This document shows, in pieces, positions 31,500 through 41,637 of a DNA stretch of 64,000 nucleotides. The DNA comes from an uncultured candidate division Zixibacteria bacterium (GTDB lineage Bacteria; Zixibacteria; MSB-5A5; GN15; FEB-12). The notes beneath the pieces are model-generated. The model saw only the letters and a program-made list of their open reading frames with translations, had not been told where the DNA came from and made no database searches. The DNA lies in NCBI GenBank assembly GCA_963664195.1, contig OY760907.1:544001-608000 (forward strand), written 5' to 3'. The position numbers and the translations under genes were made by a program. Numbering within the stretch: the stretch's first letter is position 1; the number at the start of each line of letters is the position of its first letter.

Positions 31500-32546
31500 C
31501 TATATCTTCTTCAAGTCCTCAGAGCCTTCCGACGTTTTCCGCCAGTCGGCATAACTGTCAATCAACCCGAGCATGACCACGGCTAAGTAGCCAATCAACC
31601 CGGAAAAAGTGAGCATCACGTAAAACAGGATTCTCGAAAAAAGAGGCAGTCTAATCCTGCTCAAAAAGTGCTCCGTAAGTGACAGTCCGGTCACACAATA
31701 AAACACCGACAACGCCGCCAACACATTGTCCGCTACCAGCGCAAAGATTTCCCCGCCGATGAGCTTGACGAGTATCGTCACGATCACCACCGGTGTCAGC
31801 GCAAAAGGCATCTTCCAAAGGTTAAACGGGCGAAGCCGCCCCACGATTGCACCGTCGGGCACGCCTCTCCAGAGGAACCAGAGGAAGCCGATTGAATATT
31901 GTGTTACCAAGTTCATAACAGTCGCCACGGGCATCAGGCGTGTGACCCATCTTGCCATCGAGTCAAACCGGCTCATCGTGGTCTCGATCACGTCCTGACT
32001 GTACCCCAGAGTCGAAAAGTACGATCTGAGGGATTCCGCAGCCTCCACTCTGGCTTGATCCGCTCGATGCAGCAGCTCGCTCCAAAACGGGGCAAGCATC
32101 AGCAAAGATCCGGCGATCACCACTGCCAGTCCCAGCAAGTACAGCTTGAACTGGCTTTGTTCGATCGTGGCCCGTCGTCCGATCACCATCGCGGCGACAA
32201 CAATCATGCCCAGGTTAGCGAGCATCATCACTCGCTGATCGTCGGGGCAGGTCATCGAAGCGAAAATCCCGGACGCCGCTGCCACCGAAACAAGAGCGAC
32301 AGTTTTCCGCCGCAAGGCTACACCGGCTATCCCTCGATAGAGGAAAATCCCCAGGGGATACGCGGCGGCCACGGCGAGGATACCGAGGAACGGACTCGAA
32401 GGGTCGTTCCCTGACGCGTACTTGAGCAATGGAAACAGAACCAATGCCGCAAGTACGAACCAGAAAAACATCCTTCGACCGTAACCGGAAGCTCTCGGGT
32501 CAGCCGTCGGGAAAGCTACCTCATTACCGGAATGATTCACTGGCAA
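31500..32546 (-). CDS. YybS/DUF2232-family membrane protein (start uncertain)
   Basis: Multiple TM helices, C-terminal [11 protein letters not shown], conserved position between rpsR and rplI. Confidence 0.8.
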   Translation of the reverse strand: MPVNHSGNEVAFPTADPRASGYGRRMFFWFVLAALVLFPLLKYASGNDPSSPFLGILAVAAAYPLGIFLYRGIAGVALRRKTVALVSVAAASGIFASMTCPDDQRVMMLANLGMIVVAAMVIGRRATIEQSQFKLYLLGLAVVIAGSLLMLAPFWSELLHRADQARVEAAESLRSYFSTLGYSQDVIETTMSRFDSMARWVTRLMPVATVMNLVTQYSIGFLWFLWRGVPDGAIVGRLRPFNLWKMPFALTPVVIVTILVKLIGGEIFALVADNVLAALSVFYCVTGLSLTEHFLSRIRLPLFSRILFYVMLTFSGLIGYLAVVMLGLIDSYADWRKTSEGSEDLKKI

Positions 32547-32760
32547 AGGCCATGATCGCCATGTGCCGACCGCGTTTCACTGCCTGGGTCAGCTTTCGCT
32601 GATGCTTGGCGCAGTTACCCGAGATACGGCGCGGAACGATCTTGCCCCGCTCGGTGACAAACCGGCGCAACATACGTTCGTCTTTGTAGTCTATGTATTC
32701 GATCTTGTTCTCGCAGAAGCGACAGATCTTTCTTCTTCTCTTCATTCCATAGTCGGCCAT
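32524..32760 (-). CDS. rpsR: 30S ribosomal protein S18 (Zn-binding form)
   Basis: CRFC...IDYKD...[19 protein letters not shown]. Confidence 0.97.
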   Translation of the reverse strand: MADYGMKRRRKICRFCENKIEYIDYKDERMLRRFVTERGKIVPRRISGNCAKHQRKLTQAVKRGRHMAIMAFASESFR

Positions 32761-32777
32761 AGTTCTCTACCTCGCTC

Positions 32778-33350
32778 CTACAGTTCTTCTTCTTCGGTTG
32801 ACGCTTTGGGGGCCATCGGCTCCTCGACTCTGGCAGTCGGCTCGACTGCAGCCGGAGCGTCGACAACAGGCTCTTCGGCCTTAGCCGGGGTTTCCTCGGC
32901 AGGCTTCTCAACCCGAGTTTCCCTCGCAGGAGCATCCCTGCGGGAATCTCTGTAAGAGTCTCTGCCCGGACCGTCATCTCTTCTTCTCGGACCACGGTCT
33001 GAACGCTGGCTTCCGAATCGGCCGGCACGCTGTTCTTCGCGGGCCTTGTCGAGCTGCTCGAATTCGGCCTCGAATACGATCGTCAGGTAGCGAACATACG
33101 GTTCTTCCAGCTTGTAGTGCCGATCAAGAAGAGGCAGCACAGCCGGTGTGGATTTGAAGTAAACCGTAGCGTAGAAGCCCTGGGTCAGACCGGCAATAGG
33201 ATAGGCCAGTCGACGAGTGCCCATGCGCTCCTCGCGAACGATTTCCCCGCCATTCCCGGTAATGATGTCGGTGACCGCCGAGACCTGACGGTCTATAGTG
33301 GCATCATCGGATTGGGGGTTGACAATGAAGGTAGTCTCGTAGGTTCTCAC
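32778..33350 (-). CDS. rpsF: 30S ribosomal protein S6 with a long charged C-terminal tail
   Basis: RTYETTFIVNP and MGTRRLAYPI; GTG start after AAGGGAG. Confidence 0.95.
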   Translation of the reverse strand: MRTYETTFIVNPQSDDATIDRQVSAVTDIITGNGGEIVREERMGTRRLAYPIAGLTQGFYATVYFKSTPAVLPLLDRHYKLEEPYVRYLTIVFEAEFEQLDKAREEQRAGRFGSQRSDRGPRRRDDGPGRDSYRDSRRDAPARETRVEKPAEETPAKAEEPVVDAPAAVEPTARVEEPMAPKASTEEEEL

Positions 33351-33357
33351 TCAGAAT

Positions 33358-33426
33358 CTCCCTTCGGACGTTAATAAAGTTACAACGGCTTCGCCTGATT
33401 CAGAGAATGTCCGGCGAAGCAGGGTT
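33358..33426 (-). promoter_or_regulatory. Putative S6:S18-binding rpsF leader RNA
   Basis: Minus strand ccct-gcttcgcc...ggcgaagc-CGtt...aagggag: hairpin followed by CCG, with CCCT able to pair with the SD. Confidence 0.6.
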
Positions 33427-33987
33427 ACTATTAAATTGTGACATCGCCAGTTGCAGGCGATGGGTAAGCGCAAATATAACAGCCTCAGCGGCTTTGGCAA
33501 CCATTTCCTGCACCTGAACGAGTTTTTCTTCCTCGAACTCACCGAGGACAAAATCGACCACGTCAGCCCCTTCAGGCAGGGGGCCGATCCCCAATCGAAG
33601 GCGCGGATACTCGCCCGATTCCAGACATTCCGAGATAGAGAAAAGCCCGTTGTGACCGCCGTCAGAGCCTCTTTCGCGGAATCTGAGTGTCCCTAGCGGC
33701 AGGTTGAAGTCGTCGACTACCACAAGCATCTGCGAGACATCGAGTTCCAGCGATTCGAACAACTCGATTGCGGCCAGCCCCGAACGGTTCATCAGCGTGG
33801 TCGGCCACGCGAACGTGACGGTGCGGTCTTCTAGCTGCGCCTGACGGCAATAGCTCAACGGATGCTCGGTCATCGGGCCAAGTTTCATCTTCCGGCTGAC
33901 GGCGCCGAGAACCTCAAATCCAACATTGTGGCGAGTTCGGGCATACCGCTGGCCAATGTTTCCCAGGCCAAGGACAAGTGATATCAT
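33400..33987 (-). CDS. pth: Peptidyl-tRNA hydrolase
   Basis: GLGNIG.Y..TRHNVGF, MNRSG, GSDGGHNG and RLRLGIG. Confidence 0.96.
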   Translation of the reverse strand: MISLVLGLGNIGQRYARTRHNVGFEVLGAVSRKMKLGPMTEHPLSYCRQAQLEDRTVTFAWPTTLMNRSGLAAIELFESLELDVSQMLVVVDDFNLPLGTLRFRERGSDGGHNGLFSISECLESGEYPRLRLGIGPLPEGADVVDFVLGEFEEEKLVQVQEMVAKAAEAVIFALTHRLQLAMSQFNSNPASPDIL

Positions 33988-34098
33988 AAGGGATTACAAA
34001 TGTAGCCAAACGGGGATCGAAGTCAAGTGCGGGAAGGGATCAGCGCGCCAGGGGCACAGTCCCGTGTACTCAATCCATCGTAAGACGCAAACAAGATG

Positions 34099-37000
34099 TC
34101 ACTTGATCGGCCAGCCACCATACTCGCCAACAACACAGTCAATCTGGTTCGACAGATCATCAGTCTCGAATAGAGCCGAAACAATGTTCGTATAGTGCTG
34201 CAAATCATCGTGACTCAATTGCCGGCCTTTGCGGTCTTTGAGCCATTTCTGACAGACCTGATAACCGCCAAGCATGCGCCCCCAGACAGCCTCGGGAACG
34301 CCTTCAAAATACTGAGTGCGGTTGATCCATACGCGTCCCGTAGTCACGGTATCGCTGTAGCGAACCTTATCAACTACGTTGTCACCGGACACAGGGAAGC
34401 GGGAAATGGGTTCGGCTTGAGCCTGCAATGTGTGAAGGGCCACCAATCGAGATCCAAGCGAACACAGCCTGCCGAAGAGCACCTTATTGGAAGTTAGTGG
34501 TAGACGAGGGAAGTCGGTCTTCAGAAATTCTGCATAGCGGGCTCGATACGAAGGCGCGTGAAAAACAGCATACGCATAGGCAAAGATGTCTTCCGGTCCG
34601 AAAGTCTTGTTGAGATCGCCCTTCCCGTCGGACACGAAGGCTAGCCCGATCTTCTGCGAGAATGCCTCGACAAACTCTGGTGACAGATTGGGTTTGCGAC
34701 CGTTGGAAGGACCGGAGGCCTCCTGAGAGCCGAAGAGGTCGTCAGGGTCTGGGTACAAGTACAGAGGGAACAAAGAATTGATGTCGTATGCCGCCAGAGA
34801 TTTGTGCCCCATGATGTGAGTAGAGCAATGCACATGCCATTGATCTCTTGTCTGGCGCGTTGCAATCAACCCGACATTCTCTCCTGACAGCATGTGTCGC
34901 ATGACTTTGGATCTGGGTCGGCACATGAATCCCCTTGAGGTGCCTGTATAGTAAGTGAAACGAACGTCAAAAGGCCGATAGAGTAGACAATGTACGCTCG
35001 ATCTGTCTGGGCCCGAATCTCCAATGTCTTTCTGGGCCTGACTGACCTTCCATTCTTTTGCATCTGTTCCCAAGGAGAAGCGATTGCGGGCGTCCTCTGG
35101 AGACAACTGAGAAAACTCCTTTATTGTCCCCCACACATCCTCTCCGCTCCAGCGTATCGTCAACCTGTCTCGTGCAGTGACGATCCCCACAGATTCAACG
35201 GGCATAATGTCTTTCAGACTAGCGCACAAACCGTACTCTCGGAGCAACCTGACATCCGTCGGCGCAAAGAGATAATGCGGTGCTTTCGGTTGTAGCGTTG
35301 TCCACTCGGTGGTATTGACCGCATTTTCTGCCAGCCAACCGTACTTTCCGCCAGAAGCACGCACCGGGCCTGTGTCAGCCGGGGGCAGCGATTCTCGCCT
35401 CCCCCAGAGATGGGCGTGCCGCACGGTAGCGGCGGCCCTTTCTGATCGGGCATGCTTGACAAACAGGCCGATGGCTACTCCCTGCTGTATGTCAAAAACG
35501 TTTTCATCGTTGGAGCCGTCAGGGCACTTCTCTTTCTTCTTGCTGTTTCCGTGCAAGTCCAATACGTAGATATCGTCAAACGTATTCATCAGAGATTGCC
35601 GCATTCCCCTGAACGTAGGATTGTCCAGGTATCCGTGGTTGGTGATGAAAGCTAGAACACCGTGTCCGGTTTGCTGAATACGCCACTGCGCGAATCGTAT
35701 GAACTTCACATAATCGTCGTTCAACCACTTCGGGTTGCGCTCCCCGAGTGGCTTGCCGTCCACTCGGAAGTAATCTTGTATCAGATGACCGATGAAGGTT
35801 TTTTGCTTCCGTTTGAAAGAACGGGTGGCCACTTTCTGCACCTGAACACCCTGTTCTTCAACATAGTAATGCGCTCCCTCTCCGATCGTCACAGTCAATT
35901 CCGATGGCGTCTGGGAATGGCCCGAGTAGGGCGGGTTCCCCAACACGACCATGACAGGCATGTCCTGTTTGATTCTGCCAGCCTCGTTGGCTTCCTCTGC
36001 CACCCACTTTGCAAAAGCCGGCAGTCCTTCAAGATCGAAAGCCTTTTCCAGTGAGTTGGTGAGATAAACACCAAGTCTCTCGTCAGCCTTGAAAGAGTAC
36101 TTTGTCTCTCCCAACTGGAGGCCCAGTTTCATGTGTGCCACCGCGTATGGCGCCATCAGCAACTCGAATCCGAAAAGACGTGGCAACAGGTGGTCAGAGA
36201 CATAGCTAGACCACATTCCTTCGTTGCCACGAAAGCTTTCGTAGATGTGGTCGATCACGTTGTGAAGGAAAGTACCTGTTCCCACGGCGGGGTCCAGTAT
36301 CAACACTCGGTGGCACTCTTTGCTCTGATGTTCGCTCTCCACTTTGACATCGTTCTTGATTCTGCTGTCTAAAGACACTTTTGTCCTATCAGCCAACCCT
36401 TCTTCCAAACCGAAGTCTGTCTTAAGAATGTGATCGACGCTCCTTACTATGTAAGAAACGACCGGCTCTGGCGTATAGTAAACACCGCGTGTTTCGCGAA
36501 TCTTCGGATCATATGCCGTCAGGAAAGTTTCATAAAAGTGGACTACCGGATCCTCTCGCCTCGTGCGTTTACCGAAATCTGTCAGGATGCCTTCTATGTC
36601 GGCCCGATTCAGCAATTCCGCCAAAGCATCGACGGCCCATGTCACCCTGTCTTCTAGATCAGGGCCGGCAATATGGCCAAACATTCGGCGCAAGAACGGA
36701 TTCGACTTTGGCAAGTCATAAGCGGCGTTTTGACGGCTGAAGGGGAGCGTCACCGATGGGCTACACCGAGCAGAAAAGAGCCCGTAGCAAATCGTCTGGG
36801 CATACATATCGGCAAACTGATCGGGCTGAAGATCGTGCAGCAGGACCTGTCGAAAACTCTCTAGCTGATCGTGTAGACTGCCGCCCTTATCCTCGTCCTG
36901 AAAGACCAAGATGATAGTCTCTCGTATGATAGTGGCCAGTGCGGCCATGCGCTTCGCCAATTCGCGTGGTCCGTTGATACTCGGAACACTAGTTGCAAGA

Positions 37001-37464
37001 AACTCGTCAAATAGGCGGCCGAATTCGTCTTGGCCATCTCCGCTTGATCGGATTCTGCCTCGGCTATCAACCTGCCCGAGTCGCGCCGACAAGCGGCACT
37101 CTCCTCCTTCATACCAACGGAACTCCAGATAATCGGTGAGGATAAGATTATTGAGACTAGCCCTATAGCGCTTTAGTTGCTGGCCGTCATGGGTCTTTGG
37201 CTTGGATCGAGACGCATCGGACTCTATGGCGTCTAGCGACTTGCCGATATCCTTGGCTTCGACGTATCCTAGCGGGACTTGCCTGTGCGTAACAACATAA
37301 TCTGGAGCACCGCATGCGACACGTTTGGGCTCATTCGTAGCAACTATATGTTTGTCGAAGGAGTTGATAAGCCTTTCCAAAGCGGGCCGATACGTGTGTT
37401 CTGTCGCCTGACCGGCCGCCAGGTGTTTCTGGATATCCTCTAAGTATGTCGATATGGCGCTCAT
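34099..37464 (-). CDS. Single-chain restriction-modification enzyme (REase, N6-adenine MTase and type ISP-like specificity domain; type IIG/IIL-like)
   Basis: PD...YVEAK nuclease motif, GVYYTP, LDPAVGTGTF, GNPPY, YRPFD, and C-terminal DFPRLP and GGYQVCQKWLKDRK. Confidence 0.88.
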   Translation of the reverse strand: MSAISTYLEDIQKHLAAGQATEHTYRPALERLINSFDKHIVATNEPKRVACGAPDYVVTHRQVPLGYVEAKDIGKSLDAIESDASRSKPKTHDGQQLKRYRASLNNLILTDYLEFRWYEGGECRLSARLGQVDSRGRIRSSGDGQDEFGRLFDEFLATSVPSINGPRELAKRMAALATIIRETIILVFQDEDKGGSLHDQLESFRQVLLHDLQPDQFADMYAQTICYGLFSARCSPSVTLPFSRQNAAYDLPKSNPFLRRMFGHIAGPDLEDRVTWAVDALAELLNRADIEGILTDFGKRTRREDPVVHFYETFLTAYDPKIRETRGVYYTPEPVVSYIVRSVDHILKTDFGLEEGLADRTKVSLDSRIKNDVKVESEHQSKECHRVLILDPAVGTGTFLHNVIDHIYESFRGNEGMWSSYVSDHLLPRLFGFELLMAPYAVAHMKLGLQLGETKYSFKADERLGVYLTNSLEKAFDLEGLPAFAKWVAEEANEAGRIKQDMPVMVVLGNPPYSGHSQTPSELTVTIGEGAHYYVEEQGVQVQKVATRSFKRKQKTFIGHLIQDYFRVDGKPLGERNPKWLNDDYVKFIRFAQWRIQQTGHGVLAFITNHGYLDNPTFRGMRQSLMNTFDDIYVLDLHGNSKKKEKCPDGSNDENVFDIQQGVAIGLFVKHARSERAAATVRHAHLWGRRESLPPADTGPVRASGGKYGWLAENAVNTTEWTTLQPKAPHYLFAPTDVRLLREYGLCASLKDIMPVESVGIVTARDRLTIRWSGEDVWGTIKEFSQLSPEDARNRFSLGTDAKEWKVSQAQKDIGDSGPDRSSVHCLLYRPFDVRFTYYTGTSRGFMCRPRSKVMRHMLSGENVGLIATRQTRDQWHVHCSTHIMGHKSLAAYDINSLFPLYLYPDPDDLFGSQEASGPSNGRKPNLSPEFVEAFSQKIGLAFVSDGKGDLNKTFGPEDIFAYAYAVFHAPSYRARYAEFLKTDFPRLPLTSNKVLFGRLCSLGSRLVALHTLQAQAEPISRFPVSGDNVVDKVRYSDTVTTGRVWINRTQYFEGVPEAVWGRMLGGYQVCQKWLKDRKGRQLSHDDLQHYTNIVSALFETDDLSNQIDCVVGEYGGWPIK

Positions 37465-37569
37465 CTATCCCTCGTCCCAGAGCATGAAGTTTGAGTAACA
37501 GAGACAGTATACGTCACATTAAGCACCCCGGAAAGCACAAAGTACAATGACTGGTCCAGCTTGTACCCC

Positions 37570-38271
37570 CTACTCCGGTCGTGAGAACCGGTAGCCGACA
37601 CCTCGAATGGTTTCGATGTACTTCGGGTTGCGCATATCGTCCTCGAATATCTTGCGCAACTTGAGAATGAAATTGTCTATCGTGCGGTTGGTCGGATAGA
37701 TGTGATACCCCCACACGGCATCCAGAAGTTGATCGCGGCTTACGACCTGACCGACTCTCTCAATCAAATACTTGGCCACCATGCACTCGCGGCGCGTGAG
37801 TTGGAAGTCGCCGTTGGGACCGGTAGCTTCGAATGTCTTGAAGTCGATTGCACGGCCGTCGAATTCGTAACGGTCCGGCACGTCCTGTTCGTTGCTGGCC
37901 AGCCAGGCCTGACGTCTGAAAATCCCCTGAATGCGAGCGAGCAGTTCACGAAGGTCGAACGGTTTGGTGATGTAGTCATCGCCGCCGGCCACCAGCCCCT
38001 CGATTTTGTCGTCCGCCTGATCGCGTGCGGTGATAAACAGAATCGGTACAGTCGAACCACCGTCGCGGATTTTCTTGCAGATCGTTAGCCCGTCCATACC
38101 GGGCAGCATAATATCAAGCAGCACCAGATCGAAGTTCCCTTTTTCAAACGTCGGCAGCGCGTTAGAGCCGTGCTCAATGTGCACCGTCTGGTAACCCTCG
38201 GCATCGAGATTCATCAGCAGACCGTCAGCCAGGTGACTGTCATCTTCAACCAGTAGTATGGTCTTCATCAT
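37570..38271 (-). CDS. OmpR-family response regulator
   Basis: LVEDD, LLDIMLP, DDYITKPF and winged helix TIRGVGYRF. Confidence 0.93.
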   Translation of the reverse strand: MMKTILLVEDDSHLADGLLMNLDAEGYQTVHIEHGSNALPTFEKGNFDLVLLDIMLPGMDGLTICKKIRDGGSTVPILFITARDQADDKIEGLVAGGDDYITKPFDLRELLARIQGIFRRQAWLASNEQDVPDRYEFDGRAIDFKTFEATGPNGDFQLTRRECMVAKYLIERVGQVVSRDQLLDAVWGYHIYPTNRTIDNFILKLRKIFEDDMRNPKYIETIRGVGYRFSRPE

Positions 38272-39241
38272 TTCCATCCGCAGGTAATGTAATCACAAAC
38301 TCTGTTCCGCATCCCGGCCCCTCGGAGCGAGCGACAATAGTCCCGTGGTGCGAGCGTATCATCTCCCGGCAAAGGTACAGACCGAGTCCGGAGCCCTGAC
38401 TCGTCCTGGTCAATTCCGAGCCTACTCTATAGAACCGCTCAAACACGGCCTCAATCTCTGTTTTCTCCAGACCAATCCCCTCGTCGCGTATTGACAGACG
38501 TGCCCGTTGACCGTCGGATGTCAGAGTTACCTTAACTGCAATGCGGTTCCCGTCATGGTATTTCATCGCGTTCTCCAAAACGGCATCTACGGCACGTTGG
38601 AAAGTAACGCGATCACCTTGAATTGTCACATCGGGCCGTATTTCACCCTTGATTGTGAGAGGTACATCGGTCGGAGTCTGGAGCCATTTCTGTACGGTCG
38701 ACAAAACGAGATCACTGAGATCGAGCGGTTCGAGTGTGACCCTGAAGTCGTGGCGCTCGAATCGTCCGGCCTGAAGCATATTCTCGACCATGCTTTCGAG
38801 GCGCAGGGCATCCTGCTTCATTCTGGGCAGGATGGTGGCCTTTTTCTCTGCAGGAATCTTCGGTGATTCGAGTGAATCCATGTAGAGTTTCAGGGAGGCA
38901 ATTGGCGTTTTCAGTTCGTGGGTAACTGCCATAAGGAAGTTTTGCTGAAGTGTCTTCAGTTGTGCTGTCCTGACAAACGCACGGAATATCAGCCAGATGC
39001 CGACCATCACCGCGACCAGAAAGACAACACCCTCGGTTCCGAGCATGATCTGACGCGTGATCTCTTCTTGGTGGATCATCTCGACATACTCCGCACTGCC
39101 GCCCAACTCTGTCGCTATGTCTACCTTTTCGTCGACTAGCCGGGCCATGAACACGACCCACCAGGCGCTCTGTGCGATCACAAACAGCACCAGGACGATG
39201 AAGATAATCAGCGCACGTTTTGACGATATGCCACGGCTCAT
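38246..39241 (-). CDS. Membrane sensor histidine kinase
   Basis: 2 TM, THELKTP, ENAMKY, DEGIG and GSGLGL. Confidence 0.93.
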   Translation of the reverse strand: MSRGISSKRALIIFIVLVLFVIAQSAWWVVFMARLVDEKVDIATELGGSAEYVEMIHQEEITRQIMLGTEGVVFLVAVMVGIWLIFRAFVRTAQLKTLQQNFLMAVTHELKTPIASLKLYMDSLESPKIPAEKKATILPRMKQDALRLESMVENMLQAGRFERHDFRVTLEPLDLSDLVLSTVQKWLQTPTDVPLTIKGEIRPDVTIQGDRVTFQRAVDAVLENAMKYHDGNRIAVKVTLTSDGQRARLSIRDEGIGLEKTEIEAVFERFYRVGSELTRTSQGSGLGLYLCREMIRSHHGTIVARSEGPGCGTEFVITLPADGNDEDHTTG

Positions 39242-39324
39242 AGTACAATCAATCTAATAGGATACTTGTGGGCGCAATATATGAAGGTTTGAAAGAGAAG
39301 ATAAGGATAAAGTGCAGGTTCCTG

Positions 39325-39384
39325 ACCGGCCTACTCACGATCGGCTTGCCCGTCACCGGCTTGCCCGTGATCGGCTCGCCCGTA
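39325..39384 (+). repeat. 15-bp tandem repeat, four degenerate units
   Basis: accggcctactcacg / atcggcttgcccgtc / accggcttgcccgtg / atcggctcgcccgta. Confidence 0.75.
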
Positions 39385-39427
39385 ACCACCAGGGTTCCAC
39401 CCCTGCCGATTTCATGCCAGTCATGAA

Positions 39428-39454
39428 GGTCAAACCACAGGGGTTTCGACCTAC
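39428..39454 (-). repeat. REP-like hairpin, family A
   Basis: ggtcaaaccacaggggtttcgacctac. Confidence 0.65.
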
Positions 39455-39676
39455 TTATGGGACAGCCCCTGGAACTCTGACGGTCGCAAGTCTTGACATT
39501 GCTCCTAAGAAGTTCAGCATTCCCGTGAGGTCAGACGACCCCGTCTGACCGGACTACAGCCAAGGGACAACACTCCAGATCGAAGGCTCCCGTTCTCATC
39601 GGGGTTCGTCGGACGAGGTCGTCCAACGACACGTCTAAGGGGCTTGGGAAGTCGTCGGAGTAATCGGATCCCCTTC

Positions 39677-39710
39677 AAAAAGAAACCGGCGACCTGGAAA
39701 GGCCGCCGGC
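39677..39710 (-). terminator. Intrinsic terminator after cheV
   Basis: ccggcg...cgccgg stem with an A-tract on the plus strand. Confidence 0.55.
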
Positions 39711-39749
39711 AAAGAGCGTGCAGTTCACGCCTTGATCATCATTGGCGGG

Positions 39750-40703
39750 CTAGTCGATAGATACGGTTTCCATTGCCTCCAGGGCCTCTGTCTCACTGGA
39801 CGAGATATCCTCTTGATCAACCTTTTCGCCGCGCATAAGTTTGTCTGCCGTTTCGAGCAGCCTGTTGAGATTCAGCTTGGTCACGTGAGCGTCTACTTTG
39901 AGGAACTTGGCGCGGGCTTTCATTCCCATATCGCCAATCGACGAATAGACGATTACCGGTGTCGACGGTCTCTCGGACTCTCTAATTCTGAGCGTCAGCG
40001 CCAGCCCGTCCATCTGCGGCATCTCAACGTCGGAGATCACCAGGTCAAACTCCTTTTTCTGAAATTCATTCCACGCAAGTTGGCCGTCGCTACAGTCAGA
40101 GACTTCAAACCCGAGGTCGGTCATCTCTGCCACCAGCATTGAACGAACCGCCGGGGAATCCTCGGCAATCAACACCCGCTTGCCGGTGAAATCGGAAGCG
40201 CCGTCATAGGAGTTCAGATTTCCCTGTTGAAGGTGCGGGCTAAGATCAAGGAGGATCGTCTCATAGTCCAGTAACTGGACCATTCGTTCCTCGGTCGGCT
40301 TGACAATGCCGATCGTGTATTTGTGATTCAACCCGGCAAAGACCTGCTCGGCGTCGATAACGTCTTCCCATTTGAAATGGTGAATCCAGTCGACCCGCTC
40401 GACCCAGAAGCCAACCAGCATGCCAAAGAATTCGGTCACTAGCAGTTTGTCACGCTTGGTATCCTCAGCGTCAATCCCGAGAACAGTCGCAAGGTCAACA
40501 ACCGGCACCACTGTATTCATGTCCTTGAAAATACCATGAATGGCAGGATGGGACTCCGGCAATTTCGTGAAGTCGACGAGTTCGTTGACGATTTTGCTCA
40601 CTTTGAGAATGTTGATTCCGAAAGCCATGCCGGCCGCACGATACTCCAGAACGCGCAGCTCATTTGACCCGGTTTTCAGATATGATTCAGCGTCCATATT
40701 CAC
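39750..40703 (-). CDS. cheV: CheV (CheW plus receiver domain)
   Basis: GSNELRVLEY...FGINILKV, VPVVDL, IAEDS and DVEMPQMDG. Confidence 0.88.
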   Translation of the reverse strand: MNMDAESYLKTGSNELRVLEYRAAGMAFGINILKVSKIVNELVDFTKLPESHPAIHGIFKDMNTVVPVVDLATVLGIDAEDTKRDKLLVTEFFGMLVGFWVERVDWIHHFKWEDVIDAEQVFAGLNHKYTIGIVKPTEERMVQLLDYETILLDLSPHLQQGNLNSYDGASDFTGKRVLIAEDSPAVRSMLVAEMTDLGFEVSDCSDGQLAWNEFQKKEFDLVISDVEMPQMDGLALTLRIRESERPSTPVIVYSSIGDMGMKARAKFLKVDAHVTKLNLNRLLETADKLMRGEKVDQEDISSSETEALEAMETVSID

Positions 40704-40707
40704 AATA

Positions 40708-41466
40708 CTACTCCTCGGCCTTTACAAGCTTGACAGAAAAAACGGCGCCGCCCTTCGGGTGATCGTCCGCCAGGACCGTCCCCCCCATCCCGGTTGCTGC
40801 CAATCTGCAGAAATATAGCCCCAGGCCTACTCCGCGATGCTTGCCCTCGGTGCGCATATGAAGTTGACCGTACTTTTCGAATAACTCAGACGGATCAACC
40901 TCACCCAATCCCGGGCCGGAATCCTTCACGTGGACGAACACGGACTTCGCTTCCGGCTGTGTGTACACGGAGATTTTCCCGCCGCTTGGGGTGTGTCGAA
41001 TCGCGTTGTAGATAAGGTTGTCAAGCATCCGTTTCAGGAGCTTGGGGTCGGCCTTCACCGGAGTGTTGCCGGCATTGTTCGTGAAGCTGATTTCCAACCC
41101 GTGTTCGGCGACAGAACCCGCCGCCAGTTCGATCGCTTCCCTGATAATCGTATCGGGAACGAGGTTGATCATCCTGACCGGAATCCCGGCCTTGCCCGCT
41201 TTCGCCACCGCCATAACGTCATAGAGAATCGTCTCGGCGCGAGCCATGGCGATTTGCGAGGAAGTCAACAGTCTGCGATGGGCCGGCTTTTCAAGGTTGA
41301 ACTTGCCGGACTCGATCTGCCCCAGCAGATATTTCATTGACGCAAACGGCGATTCCAGATCATGAATGAAAATGGAGAATATCTCGAGCCAGCGGTCGTC
41401 CTCGCGTGCAAGGTCAGCCGAAGGATCCAGAGTATCGGTTACTGCTTGTTCCAAAACGTCTTCCAT
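40708..41466 (-). CDS. Cytoplasmic histidine kinase without a sensor domain
   Basis: HDLESP, NLIYNAIRH, DSGPG and GVGLGL. Confidence 0.85.
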   Translation of the reverse strand: MEDVLEQAVTDTLDPSADLAREDDRWLEIFSIFIHDLESPFASMKYLLGQIESGKFNLEKPAHRRLLTSSQIAMARAETILYDVMAVAKAGKAGIPVRMINLVPDTIIREAIELAAGSVAEHGLEISFTNNAGNTPVKADPKLLKRMLDNLIYNAIRHTPSGGKISVYTQPEAKSVFVHVKDSGPGLGEVDPSELFEKYGQLHMRTEGKHRGVGLGLYFCRLAATGMGGTVLADDHPKGGAVFSVKLVKAEE

Positions 41467-41637
41467 AATACTCGGAGGTCTAATGTTTCCCAGAGCCCTT
41501 TGCCTCTTATATCGACCGGTTGCGGCAAATAGTTAGTATGGACTCGTATCCGGAGATGGAGTGGGTGCTGGAGTGATTGGGGTCAACAATGAGCGTGGTC
41601 GAAAGAGGAGGAGCGAGCCGCCCCCATCAACGAGCGG

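Noticed and set aside
39325..39384. Tandem repeat as a mini-CRISPR
   Set aside because: Units are contiguous 15-mers with no spacers.
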